A stretch of DNA of 64,000 nt from an uncultured archaeon. Its GTDB lineage: Archaea; Asgardarchaeota; Lokiarchaeia; Sigyniarchaeales; SOKP01. Within the stretch, counting starts at the first letter, position 1, and each line of letters starts with the position of its first letter. Both the position numbers and the translations under genes were made by a program. Positions 9,682 through 18,997 of the stretch are shown one piece after another. The stretch is taken from the NCBI GenBank assembly GCA_964493715.1, contig CAZBPC010000011.1, positions 880 to 64,879 on the forward strand, read 5' to 3'. The notes below the pieces were generated by a model that was given only the letters and a program-made list of their open reading frames with translations, was not told the origin of the DNA and made no database searches.

Positions 9682-9831
9682 TCTTTCATCGGTTTAAATC
9701 ATATTAATAAACAAGCTTACTTTTCTTTCAATTTAGTTATTAATTGCCTTAGCAGTTATGCATTATATTTTTGAATTCCATTGATATAAGGAGACATAAA
9801 CCTATAATTAAAATGTGAAGGATATCTAAAA

Positions 9832-11232
9832 ATGAGTAAAATAAATGCACGAATTTTATTAGAACCAAATGAAGTCCCAAAAGAATGGGTAAATATTTTA
9901 CCAGATTTACCCTTACCCATAACACCATTAATAAATCCAATGGATGGAATGCCAGCACCTCCAGAACTAGCCTTTGCTATATTTCCCAAGGAATGTGTAA
10001 TGCAAGAAGTATCAAAAGAAAGAATGATACCCATTCCGAAAGAATTAAGAGAAATTTATGCACAAACTTACCGCCCAACACCTCTCCATCGTGCTTATGG
10101 ATTAGAAAAGGATTTGGGAATTGAAGGCGATGATATTAAAATTTTTTATAAGAATGAATCAGTTTCCACAACAGGGTCTCATAAACCTAATACTGCTTTA
10201 GCACAAGCATATTATGCAAAAAAAGAGGGGTTAAAGGAATTGGTCACTGAAACAGGAGCAGGACAATGGGGTTCAGCACTCTCTTATGGTTGCAATTTAT
10301 TTGGGTTGAAATGTGTGGTCTATATGGTAAGAGCAAGTTACATTCAGAAACCAGGGAGAAAAATACTAATGAAAGCTTATAATGGCGAAGTACACGCAAG
10401 CCCATCGAAATATACGATGTCTGGTAGAATGTTTTATGACAAGAACCCAGAACACCCGGGAAGCTTAGGAATTGCAATTTCAGAGGCTGTAGAACATAGT
10501 TTAACAAGAGATGATGCAAGATACTCCTTAGGTAGTGTACTTAATTTTGTATGTTTGCATCAAACAATAATAGGTCAAGAAACAAAGATTCAACTAAATA
10601 AAGTTGGAATTTCAGAACCAGATATAATAATTGGATGCATGGGTGGTGGTTCAAACTTCAGTGGACTTGCGCTTCCATTTATGAGAGATAAATTGGAAGG
10701 GAACCTCCCAAATACTCAATTTATTGGAGTAGAACCTAGAGCTTGTCCAAGTGTGACCAAAGGAGAATATAGATGGGATTATGGAGATACCGCAAAAAAA
10801 GCGCCTATTCTTAAAATGCATACTTTAGGGCACGGTTTCATTCCTCATCCAATACATGCCGGAGGATTAAGATATCATGGAATTGCTCCCATTATCTCAA
10901 ACCTAATCAATAACAAGCTTATGACATCTTCAATGCATTTTCAAACTGAAGTTATAGAGGCAGGGCTTCAATTTGCTAGAACTGAGGGAATTCTTCCCGC
11001 TCCAGAAACGTGTCACGCAGTGAAAGAAACTATAGATCAAGCTATATTAGCAAAAGAGAATAATGAAAAGAAAGTTATTGTTTTTAACTTCAGCGGTCAT
11101 GGATATTTTGATCTTTTAGCTTATAAGGAATATATGGAGGGAAATTTAGTAGACTTCGAATTGCCTTCTGAAGAAATTTCTGGAGCTTTGAATTCTTCAG
11201 ATATGCCAATAATTGATGAATCAAAATTTTAA
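9832..11232 (+). CDS. trpB2: TrpB2-type tryptophan synthase beta-like PLP enzyme
   Basis: PLP-lysine region TTGSHKPNTALAQAYYAKKEG, GGGSNFSG loop, and the long N-terminal extension typical of TrpB2. No other trp genes are nearby. Confidence 0.9.
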   Translation: MSKINARILLEPNEVPKEWVNILPDLPLPITPLINPMDGMPAPPELAFAIFPKECVMQEVSKERMIPIPKELREIYAQTYRPTPLHRAYGLEKDLGIEGDDIKIFYKNESVSTTGSHKPNTALAQAYYAKKEGLKELVTETGAGQWGSALSYGCNLFGLKCVVYMVRASYIQKPGRKILMKAYNGEVHASPSKYTMSGRMFYDKNPEHPGSLGIAISEAVEHSLTRDDARYSLGSVLNFVCLHQTIIGQETKIQLNKVGISEPDIIIGCMGGGSNFSGLALPFMRDKLEGNLPNTQFIGVEPRACPSVTKGEYRWDYGDTAKKAPILKMHTLGHGFIPHPIHAGGLRYHGIAPIISNLINNKLMTSSMHFQTEVIEAGLQFARTEGILPAPETCHAVKETIDQAILAKENNEKKVIVFNFSGHGYFDLLAYKEYMEGNLVDFELPSEEISGALNSSDMPIIDESKF

Positions 11233-11316
11233 TCTTTTTTTTTTATTCAATCAGTAAAAATCTTAAAGTTGAAATTATAAATTCTATATTATATAATATA
11301 TTGAGATAGCTTTTCT

Positions 11317-12399
11317 TTGAATCTTTTGTCTTTAGTTATCATTTGTATTTTTTATTTTTATTGCGCTATATTGTTTTATATTACAATATTATCAAGAAGA
11401 AAAAGAGAAACTAGTGCATTTATTAATAATCTCTGTAATTCTATAGTCTTAATTTTTAGTATTACAATCAGTTTAATTCTTATTCAAACATTAAAAGTAT
11501 CTAAAATTAATTTTATCGTTTTCCCATTCGATATATTCATCATTTCTTTTATAATAGGTTATTTACCCATATTATATTTTTTTATTCATAGGGAAAAAAA
11601 AAGAATCAAGAATCAGGATGATTCTTGGAAACGTTATTATATTGTATACACCCCAGAATTACCTTTAAAATATGACATTTATCGCAAATTAACTCATTTA
11701 GTTGTATTAGCTATAGTGTTTTTTTATTTTACACTTGGGTTTTTGGTTCAAACCGTATTTTCTTATATCCTTAATTTCTTACCCCCAATAATTTCTAATT
11801 TATTTTTTTCCCTATACAATTTAGAAGGGGACAAAATGATATTTACACAATATTTAGTAGTTTTTTTAGTTGGAATTTCTCTTATAGGTTTAATTTCGGT
11901 CGATTTGATACGAATTGTCAGGCCAGATTACTACCCTTTAAAACCTGTAAATTTAATTCTCAGAGAAAAGGAGATCCAGACGAGAATTGGTCCTCATATC
12001 TCAATGGGAATTGGATGTTTTTCAATTATAATAATATATGGATTATTTCAACCAATTGGACCGCTAGTAATATGTACCTCTATGACCATGTCAATATTTG
12101 GAGATATGGCTTCAAATTTATTCGGTAGAATGATGGGACGTAGATTTATTAGAAAAACAAATAAAACTTATGAAGGTTTGATTGCAGGAATGATCAGTGG
12201 TTTTGTATCAGGAATGATCTGCTTGGTTTTATTAAATGAGTTTTATCATATCTCTTATTTTGGATTGTTTATCCTTTCTTCGGTTGGAGCTTTTATTATC
12301 GGGGGATTAGATTTTCTTAATTTAGAAATTGATGATAACCTCTCATATAATGTAATTATAACACCTGTATTATTCTTTCTTTCACTCCTTCTTATATAA
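11317..12399 (+). CDS. polytopic membrane protein, dolichol/polyprenol kinase-like (CTP-transferase 1 superfamily)
   Basis: Many TM segments. The C-terminal motif FGDMASNLFGRMMGRRFIRKTNKTYEGLIAGMISGF resembles the GD..A...G...G......KS.EG signature of dolichol/phytol kinases. Confidence 0.5.
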   Translation: MNLLSLVIICIFYFYCAILFYITILSRRKRETSAFINNLCNSIVLIFSITISLILIQTLKVSKINFIVFPFDIFIISFIIGYLPILYFFIHREKKRIKNQDDSWKRYYIVYTPELPLKYDIYRKLTHLVVLAIVFFYFTLGFLVQTVFSYILNFLPPIISNLFFSLYNLEGDKMIFTQYLVVFLVGISLIGLISVDLIRIVRPDYYPLKPVNLILREKEIQTRIGPHISMGIGCFSIIIIYGLFQPIGPLVICTSMTMSIFGDMASNLFGRMMGRRFIRKTNKTYEGLIAGMISGFVSGMICLVLLNEFYHISYFGLFILSSVGAFIIGGLDFLNLEIDDNLSYNVIITPVLFFLSLLLI

Positions 12400-12425
12400 T
12401 TATTAATAGTAATAACAAAAATTTT

Positions 12426-12959
12426 ATGAATAAGGATAGTTTAATAAATAGAAATATGTCAGAAGATAAATTAAGGATTGATAAAATAAAGAAAGGAACA
12501 GTAATTGATCATATCACTGGGGGATATGCTCTAACTATTCTAAATCTTACTGGATTAGATGAATCTCCAAATCTCATGACAATCGGTATCAATGTTTCTT
12601 CAAATAAATTCCAAAAGAAAGATATCATTAAAATTGAAGGGGTATTTCTAAATGAGACACAAATGCAACAAATATCCATTCTTTCTCCAAACAATTCTAT
12701 ATCATTGATTGAGAACTATAAAGTTATTGAAAAGAAAAAAGTGAAAATTCCTAAAGTAATCAAAAAATTAGTTTTATGTGCAAATAAAACTTGTATTTCT
12801 AATTCAGATGAACCTATTGATTCTGAATTCAGCGTGTTGGAAGAGAAACCCTTGAAAATCCAATGTGTATACTGTAATCGGATGTATAAATTAGATGAAA
12901 TAACATTCAGTTCAAAAGGTAAAACGGAAAAGAGAGTAAAGCAAAGAATAATATTATAG
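12426..12959 (+). CDS. pyrI: aspartate carbamoyltransferase regulatory subunit
   Basis: LRIDKIKKGTVIDHI..G.ALTILNL at the N-terminus. C-terminal Zn domain CANKTCISN...CVYCNRMY (four Cys). Confidence 0.85.
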   Translation: MNKDSLINRNMSEDKLRIDKIKKGTVIDHITGGYALTILNLTGLDESPNLMTIGINVSSNKFQKKDIIKIEGVFLNETQMQQISILSPNNSISLIENYKVIEKKKVKIPKVIKKLVLCANKTCISNSDEPIDSEFSVLEEKPLKIQCVYCNRMYKLDEITFSSKGKTEKRVKQRIIL

Positions 12960-12961
12960 AG

Positions 12962-13384
12962 TTATAAGAAAGCTAATAGCGTATGTACAATTACAGAGGT
13001 TATCATAAATAGTAAGAAGAAGATTCCAAGACCTGGTTTGAGAATTTTCTTCCAATCCCAGGTTTCTTTATCATATTTATATTTCAATATCACGAAATTG
13101 ATTACAAACGGCGTCAAGAACCAAAAACAGAGCATCCATAATAATAAAGGCCACCCTATAAAACCAATTAATCGTCCAATTAAACCAGATAATGCTCCAG
13201 TCAAAGCTCGATACCAATAAAGGTTAGTTTCCTTTTCCAAGCGCATGTCTAAATTAGTTGTACTTTTCTTTTCTTTCTGATACTCTTTTTTATTCATCTG
13301 TTTCATTTTTTCTTTAATGAGCTTTTGTCTTTCCTTCTTAATATTAATTTTCTTCGAGCGAGAATCTTTTTTTGGCATAATCAT
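12962..13384 (-). CDS. small membrane protein with a lysine-rich N-terminus
   Basis: Basic N-terminal ~50 aa, followed by three hydrophobic segments. Confidence 0.5.
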   Translation of the reverse strand: MIMPKKDSRSKKINIKKERQKLIKEKMKQMNKKEYQKEKKSTTNLDMRLEKETNLYWYRALTGALSGLIGRLIGFIGWPLLLWMLCFWFLTPFVINFVILKYKYDKETWDWKKILKPGLGIFFLLFMITSVIVHTLLAFL

Positions 13385-13463
13385 TACTATAAATATTAAT
13401 TATTATAAAAAGGATTTTATATTATAGGATTATAACAATATTACTCATACAGAATAAATAACA

Positions 13464-15533
13464 ATGAAAGTTCAAACCAATTTTTCAAATTTTGATGTAC
13501 ACATAATCTCGAAGGAATTAGATCAAATTCTTTCAGAAGGAACAATATTAAATATTTATGAATTAGAAGATTTATTAATTTTAAAAATTTCGACCAAAGC
13601 GAGGGAAAAAGTTAATCTAATTGTAAAAAATGATTCGAGAATAAACTTAACAGATTATGATTATCCAATTCCTAAATATCCAAGCCAATATATTACGTCG
13701 CTGAGAAAATTACTGAAGAATAGGAAGATTAAATCTGTTTCTCAATATGAATTTGATAGAATAATCATTATCGAAATTTATTCTTATGAAGAAGGAGATT
13801 CAAAATTCATAATTGAATTATTTAACAAAGGAAATTATCTATTTTTAGATGAAAACAATATTATAAAAATAGCTAAATCATACAAAAAGTTTAGGGATAG
13901 AGATGTTTTAGCAAATCGAAAATATGAATTTCCAAGCCAAAGGAGTATTGGATTTTTAACTATTAATGAGATGGAGTTTATTGATGTAATAAGAAACTCG
14001 GATGATGAAATTGTAAGAATCTTAGCAAGAAACATTGGTATTTCGGGGCTAATTAGTGAAGAATTATGTTATAGATCGAAAATAGAAAAAACACATAATG
14101 CACAATCGCTTAGTGATATTCAGCTAAAAGAACTTTTTAATATTTTTAAAAATCTCAGAAATCAACTGCTATTTGGAGAAATAAATGCCCATATTATCTA
14201 TGATGAAAATGATAACCAAATTGCCGTTCTACCATTTGAGTTAGAAACTTTTCGGGATTATAAAAAAATATTTTATAACTCATTTAATCAAGCTGTGGAT
14301 AATTATTATTCTAAATTAGACCTTTCAGTAATAGATCCACAGCAAAATCAAAAAATTAATGATAAAATAGATGCTTATAAAAGAATCCTGCAAAACCAAG
14401 AAGATTATCTCCAGGAATTATATGAAAAAAAAGAAAGATATTATAATTATGGAGATTTCATTTATGCTCATTTTAATGAATTTGAAAAACTTTTTTATGT
14501 CATTTCTGATGCAAAAGATAAAGGATATGATTGGTATGAAATAAATAAAAAGCTATTGGATGCAAAAAAGAATAAAGTAGAAGGCGTTGAATTTTTTGTT
14601 AAAATCATTCCTGAAAGTCGAGAATTGTTAGTTAATATCTTAAATCAAGAAGTAAAATTAGATATAAGAAAAACTATTGGTGAAAATGCGAATTTGATAT
14701 ATTCCAAAGGAAAAAAAGCTGAACAAAAAATAATGGGAACTATAGAAGCAATTAATAAATCTAAGGAAAAAATGACAAAATTTGTTAAAGAGAGAGAGTC
14801 TCTTGATGATGAGGTGGTAGGGTTAGTAAAGAAAAGAAAACAAGCATGGTACGAGAAGTTTAGATGGTTTCATTCTTCAAACGGATTTTTAATAGTTGGT
14901 GGTAGAGATGCTACTTCGAATGAAGTACTATTTAAAACGCATTTGCAACCAGAAGATCTTGTTTTCCATACAAATATTCCTGGATCCCCTCTTGTAATTG
15001 TTAAAAATCCAGATAATAAAGAGATACCTGAACAAACAATAAATGAGGCTGCAATTTTTGTAGGAAGCTATTCTAATGCCTGGAAAGAGGATTGGGGTTA
15101 CATAGATGTCTGGTATGTTAATCCGAATCAAGTATCAAAAACCCCCCCTACAGGTGAGTACTTACCTAAAGGATCTTTTATGATCTCTGGTAAGAAGAAT
15201 GTTATAAAAAATGCAAAAAATGAATTAGGGATTGGAATAGAAATAGAAGAATCAAAAACAGAGACTATTGGAGATGAGAGGGTTATATTCCCCAAAATTC
15301 TCTGTGGTCCTTTGAGTGCAATTAAAACTCAGGTCTCCCATATTATTAAAATAAAACCTTCGAAAGATGGTTTATCAAAAGGAAAGCTAGCGAAAGAAAT
15401 TAAGTCAATCCTTCTCAATCAGAGTGATGATCAATTTAAAAAATGGATAAAGTTACTAAAGGAAGATGATATTATCCTATCTCTCCCTTCTGGAAAATCA
15501 ATAATTGTCCCTAATTCATCTTTTGTTAACTAA
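13464..15533 (+). CDS. NFACT-family protein (Rqc2/RqcH/FbpA homologue, ribosome quality control)
   Basis: N-terminal NFACT-N-like region, a central coiled coil, and an NFACT-R/DUF814 motif: WFHSSNGFLIVGGRDATSNEVLFKTHLQPEDLVFHTNIPGSPLVIVK. Confidence 0.85.
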   Translation: MKVQTNFSNFDVHIISKELDQILSEGTILNIYELEDLLILKISTKAREKVNLIVKNDSRINLTDYDYPIPKYPSQYITSLRKLLKNRKIKSVSQYEFDRIIIIEIYSYEEGDSKFIIELFNKGNYLFLDENNIIKIAKSYKKFRDRDVLANRKYEFPSQRSIGFLTINEMEFIDVIRNSDDEIVRILARNIGISGLISEELCYRSKIEKTHNAQSLSDIQLKELFNIFKNLRNQLLFGEINAHIIYDENDNQIAVLPFELETFRDYKKIFYNSFNQAVDNYYSKLDLSVIDPQQNQKINDKIDAYKRILQNQEDYLQELYEKKERYYNYGDFIYAHFNEFEKLFYVISDAKDKGYDWYEINKKLLDAKKNKVEGVEFFVKIIPESRELLVNILNQEVKLDIRKTIGENANLIYSKGKKAEQKIMGTIEAINKSKEKMTKFVKERESLDDEVVGLVKKRKQAWYEKFRWFHSSNGFLIVGGRDATSNEVLFKTHLQPEDLVFHTNIPGSPLVIVKNPDNKEIPEQTINEAAIFVGSYSNAWKEDWGYIDVWYVNPNQVSKTPPTGEYLPKGSFMISGKKNVIKNAKNELGIGIEIEESKTETIGDERVIFPKILCGPLSAIKTQVSHIIKIKPSKDGLSKGKLAKEIKSILLNQSDDQFKKWIKLLKEDDIILSLPSGKSIIVPNSSFVN

Positions 15534-16253
15534 ATTAGTTATATATTCAATATTATTATGATTATCAAATAAAATTCCATCAATATTCATAGCAATAAGT
15601 TTTTTCATTATCGATATAGGATTCTCATATTCCATGAAATTCCATGCTAAAACTAATATATGATTTTCATGACACTTATTAATAATTTTTGAGGAAATTT
15701 TTTCTGAATTCAAACTTATTAAATCTGGTCTTTTAAGATAGATCTCTTCTGAACTTAAGTTAATGAAAGTCTCTAAGTCTGGGTTTTTGGCCTTAGTTAT
15801 GTTATAACATATTTGAGTAGAGGGATATTTCTCTTTTATCCTTAATAACTCTCCCAAATCTCTACTACTTATTACACATGAGTTTAATAGCCGTTTTTGA
15901 GATAAGATTTTTAAAATCTGTTCAATGATCTTATTTTCTTTTAATTCAATCATAAAGCAGATTTTATCACAAAAATTATCTAATACATCTTCTAATAATG
16001 GAATTTTTGACTTGTTCTTGATTGTATTAGCTTTAAGAATGTCTGGATATATCATATCTTTAACTTTACCAACACTATCAGTGGTTCGATTTACAGTTTC
16101 ATCATGAATAACTACTAATTTTCCATCTTTAGAACATCTAATATCAAACTCAATGTAGTTTGCTCCTTTATTAATGGCGATATTAAATGCCTCTAAAGTA
16201 TTCTCATCAAATTGATATCTGGTGCCTCTGTGACCAATTAAAAAGAACTTCAT
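15516..16253 (-). CDS. glycerophosphodiester phosphodiesterase
   Basis: LIGHRG...ENTLEAF..AI..GANYIEFDIRCSKDGKLVVIHDETVNRTT is the canonical GDPD N-terminal signature. Confidence 0.85.
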   Translation of the reverse strand: MKFFLIGHRGTRYQFDENTLEAFNIAINKGANYIEFDIRCSKDGKLVVIHDETVNRTTDSVGKVKDMIYPDILKANTIKNKSKIPLLEDVLDNFCDKICFMIELKENKIIEQILKILSQKRLLNSCVISSRDLGELLRIKEKYPSTQICYNITKAKNPDLETFINLSSEEIYLKRPDLISLNSEKISSKIINKCHENHILVLAWNFMEYENPISIMKKLIAMNIDGILFDNHNNIEYITNLVNKR

Positions 16254-16273
16254 TTTTTAAAAAAATAATGAGA

Positions 16274-16678
16274 TTAATTATCTTGTGTTAAATACAAGTA
16301 AACTAATAAAATTGCCAGCCCTGCTAATGTAAAGGTAAAAACAATAGGGTTCCAGAAAGCTTGAATAATTGATAGAACTGAAAGCAACAATATATCCTTG
16401 AAATTTAAAGGCTTACCTATTAATTCTTTATAATTTCCCATACTAATTATCATAAAAACAAAGAATAACAATATAAATACAACTTTTATAATTGAGTCAA
16501 TAATGTTCCAAAGGAATATACTTGTATCAAATATCTTCAAAATTTCTGCATTAAAAAGAATTGAACCAATGAAAAAAATTCCACCTAATACAGCGGAACG
16601 TATGACAGATTTGAATGCGAACTTGTCATCATTCATATTATTCTTCTTTATTTGATTCTCTTTTTTAATTTTTGACAT
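16274..16678 (-). CDS. small membrane protein
   Basis: Four hydrophobic segments. Sits 2 nt downstream of the preceding gene on the same strand. Confidence 0.45.
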   Translation of the reverse strand: MSKIKKENQIKKNNMNDDKFAFKSVIRSAVLGGIFFIGSILFNAEILKIFDTSIFLWNIIDSIIKVVFILLFFVFMIISMGNYKELIGKPLNFKDILLLSVLSIIQAFWNPIVFTFTLAGLAILLVYLYLTQDN

Positions 16679-16679
16679 T

Positions 16680-17501
16680 TTAGCTCCTTAATCGCTTGAC
16701 CTTATCTTTAATTTTTCTAATTGAAAACACATAATAAATAAAAAAAGCACTAACTATCCCAAAAATTATAAAATTAATTATAAGTTTATCAATTGGTATT
16801 TCTGGGGGTTTATATATTGGAAATTGAATTTTAATTAAAATATTGTTTTCAAGCAATATCTCTCCTGGATATACTCCTGGATATACTGCTGATGTTCCAT
16901 AAACTATACTAAAATTATATGTAAATTGAGTCTGAAGCCATACATCTTGACCACTTTCATCATTAATTTCAATTGGGGTTCCAAATTCATATGTAATTTT
17001 ATTACCATCTAATTTTGCTGCTCCTTCTCCATTAGAAACATCATCTAAAATAAAAACTGAATTATCGATGTAACAATCTAAATACTGGAATTTATCTGCG
17101 CTTATATTTGAAAATTGAATAAATCTTGCATCACTATAATCACCTAACACATCTTCAGAAATTAGAATCCCTACAAATTCCTTATTATAATCACTCGACC
17201 CATGATGGTCAAATTCAAACTGAATTGAAATGAAAAGTGATGTCTGATCTTGCATTACCCATAAATCAATGGGTAGAGGGTTTTCAGGTGATGAGAGATT
17301 TTGATATAAATAGAGCGTACTTTTGTTAGCACTCCCCCACTCATTATTTTGCTGATCAATAACTCCATCAATTTTAGGTGTGCTCCCAATGGGTGGGATT
17401 ATCGTAGTTGAACAGTTAACATTTTGAATTAATGTGATTGAACTGAAAGAAATAAGGAAAATTATCGTAAATATGAAGATTTTATTGATTGGACGTTTCA
17501 C
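16680..17501 (-). CDS. secreted or surface-anchored protein
   Basis: N-terminal signal/TM segment (IFIFTIIFLISFSSITLI), a C-terminal TM helix plus basic tail, and several N-x-S/T sequons. Confidence 0.55.
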   Translation of the reverse strand: MKRPINKIFIFTIIFLISFSSITLIQNVNCSTTIIPPIGSTPKIDGVIDQQNNEWGSANKSTLYLYQNLSSPENPLPIDLWVMQDQTSLFISIQFEFDHHGSSDYNKEFVGILISEDVLGDYSDARFIQFSNISADKFQYLDCYIDNSVFILDDVSNGEGAAKLDGNKITYEFGTPIEINDESGQDVWLQTQFTYNFSIVYGTSAVYPGVYPGEILLENNILIKIQFPIYKPPEIPIDKLIINFIIFGIVSAFFIYYVFSIRKIKDKVKRLRS

Positions 17502-17744
17502 GTTTTTAAAGCCACTTTTATAAATATTTTACTATTAAGCAAAGATAAATAAAATAAAAAATAGTTCAATTTTAAATTTTTGAATATTATTCTTATCTTT
17601 CTTAATTTTAAAAAATATGCACGAATAAATATTGATCAGCTTATCGGTATTGAATTTTTATTCATATCATCCTAATTAATATGGACACTCTAATGTTGTT
17701 TTGGTTAATCATTATGAATTTAATTTGGCGAGTTATTTGTCCTT

Positions 17745-18206
17745 TTATTGAGATACGAATTTTGGTATGAATACCACACAATTAAACTTGTTTAGGTACG
17801 ATACTATAAAATTAATAATTCTTTTTATATCTCGCTTTGCATCGCTAATGTTTTGGCTATTAAATTCAGCAAATGATTTCGGTCCAATAGCTACTAATAA
17901 TCCTGACAAATCTAATTCTCTTTTAATAAGGAACCAAAAAGGCATCTCTTTTTCAATATCTTTTATAATCAACAATAACCAGGGATTTAATGCCCAATCT
18001 TCCTTGTCAGGACTTATCACTTCTTCTATTGCATGTTTCATCACATAATTTTTCGCGATTTTGATCGCTTTAATTAAGCGATTAAAATAACTCCTTTTAA
18101 TTTTTAGATAACCTTCAAAGTATACTTTTGCGTCAAACAGTTCAAGTTCTTCATATTTTCCATTTTCTAATTCTAATTTAATTTTCCAAGTATTCATTTC
18201 TATCAC
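17745..18206 (-). CDS. hypothetical protein
   Basis: ORF in the same orientation and tightly packed downstream of the RNase P protein genes. No motif recognised. Confidence 0.45.
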   Translation of the reverse strand: MIEMNTWKIKLELENGKYEELELFDAKVYFEGYLKIKRSYFNRLIKAIKIAKNYVMKHAIEEVISPDKEDWALNPWLLLIIKDIEKEMPFWFLIKRELDLSGLLVAIGPKSFAEFNSQNISDAKRDIKRIINFIVSYLNKFNCVVFIPKFVSQ

Positions 18207-18212
18207 TTAAAT

Positions 18213-18659
18213 TCAATTGTTCAAGCTGATCTCTTCAATATCTATATCTATATACTTATTTTTAATCTTATCTAAAGAACTTTTTAAATCGTTATATTTT
18301 GAATCTGAGAATCTTAATTTGAGATAAATTTCAATAATGAAAAGATTATTTCTTACTGTTAGACCAGAATTATGAATAATTTTAACATTTTTTAGTATGG
18401 ATGAAATTAACTTAAGATCTTCCACATTTTCTTTTAAGCTGGATACAGTAATTTTTAATATCGTATCTACATTAATCGGATAAATTATAAATCTACTAAA
18501 TTCTCTCGTGATTGCCAGAATTATAAGTATGAATTGATGTTTTTTAAACATTTTATTATTTAAAAGATCTAATCTTAACAATTCATCATATTTCCTAATA
18601 TATCCATTTGTTAATTTTTTTTCTGTCATTTTAATTTGGGTTAACGCGTTTAATTTCAA
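18213..18659 (-). CDS. hypothetical protein, translationally coupled to pop5
   Basis: 4-nt overlap with the Pop5 gene. No motif recognised. Confidence 0.5.
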   Translation of the reverse strand: MKLNALTQIKMTEKKLTNGYIRKYDELLRLDLLNNKMFKKHQFILIILAITREFSRFIIYPINVDTILKITVSSLKENVEDLKLISSILKNVKIIHNSGLTVRNNLFIIEIYLKLRFSDSKYNDLKSSLDKIKNKYIDIDIEEISLNN

Positions 18660-18997
18660 GTTTTCTTAAAAATTATATAATTTTTTATTGATTTTATCGT
18701 TCCCGAAGTCTTAACAGGAGATAATATTATTTTGTTCCCGTTTATCTCAGTGATAAGAGATAAGGCTGTGATAATTATTTCTTTTGTCTGATGAGCACAT
18801 CTAATTAAACCAAATTCGTTTTCTAAATCAATCTCAATAACCCATAATCCAATTTTATTCGCCTCTTTCATTCCAAAAAAGCGCCAAATAGATTTCCAAA
18901 TTGATTTTAATATATCTGAATGTTCTAATGAAAGATATCCTTCATGAATTATCTTAAAAAGAATGTATCTATTACGTTCGTTTCTAACGATATTCAC
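18656..18997 (-). CDS. RNase P protein component 2 (Pop5/Rnp2)
   Basis: RNRYILFKI start, a size of about 113 aa, the LIRCAHQ motif, and a position directly after Rpp30, as in other archaea. Confidence 0.75.
   Translation of the reverse strand: MNIVRNERNRYILFKIIHEGYLSLEHSDILKSIWKSIWRFFGMKEANKIGLWVIEIDLENEFGLIRCAHQTKEIIITALSLITEINGNKIILSPVKTSGTIKSIKNYIIFKKT

Noticed and set aside
9749-10519. ORFs overlapping trpB2 on either strand (9749-9958, 9756-10034, 9885-10124, 10244-10519).
   Set aside because: They lie entirely within or across a confidently identified PLP-enzyme gene. No motifs are present, so they are shadow ORFs.
12962-13384. A resemblance between the TM region (YRALTGALSGLIGRLIGFIGW...) and the eukaryotic EMC6/Rab5ip family.
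   Set aside because: The resemblance rests on a glycine-rich TM helix only. Such helices are common, so I cannot support the call without a profile search.
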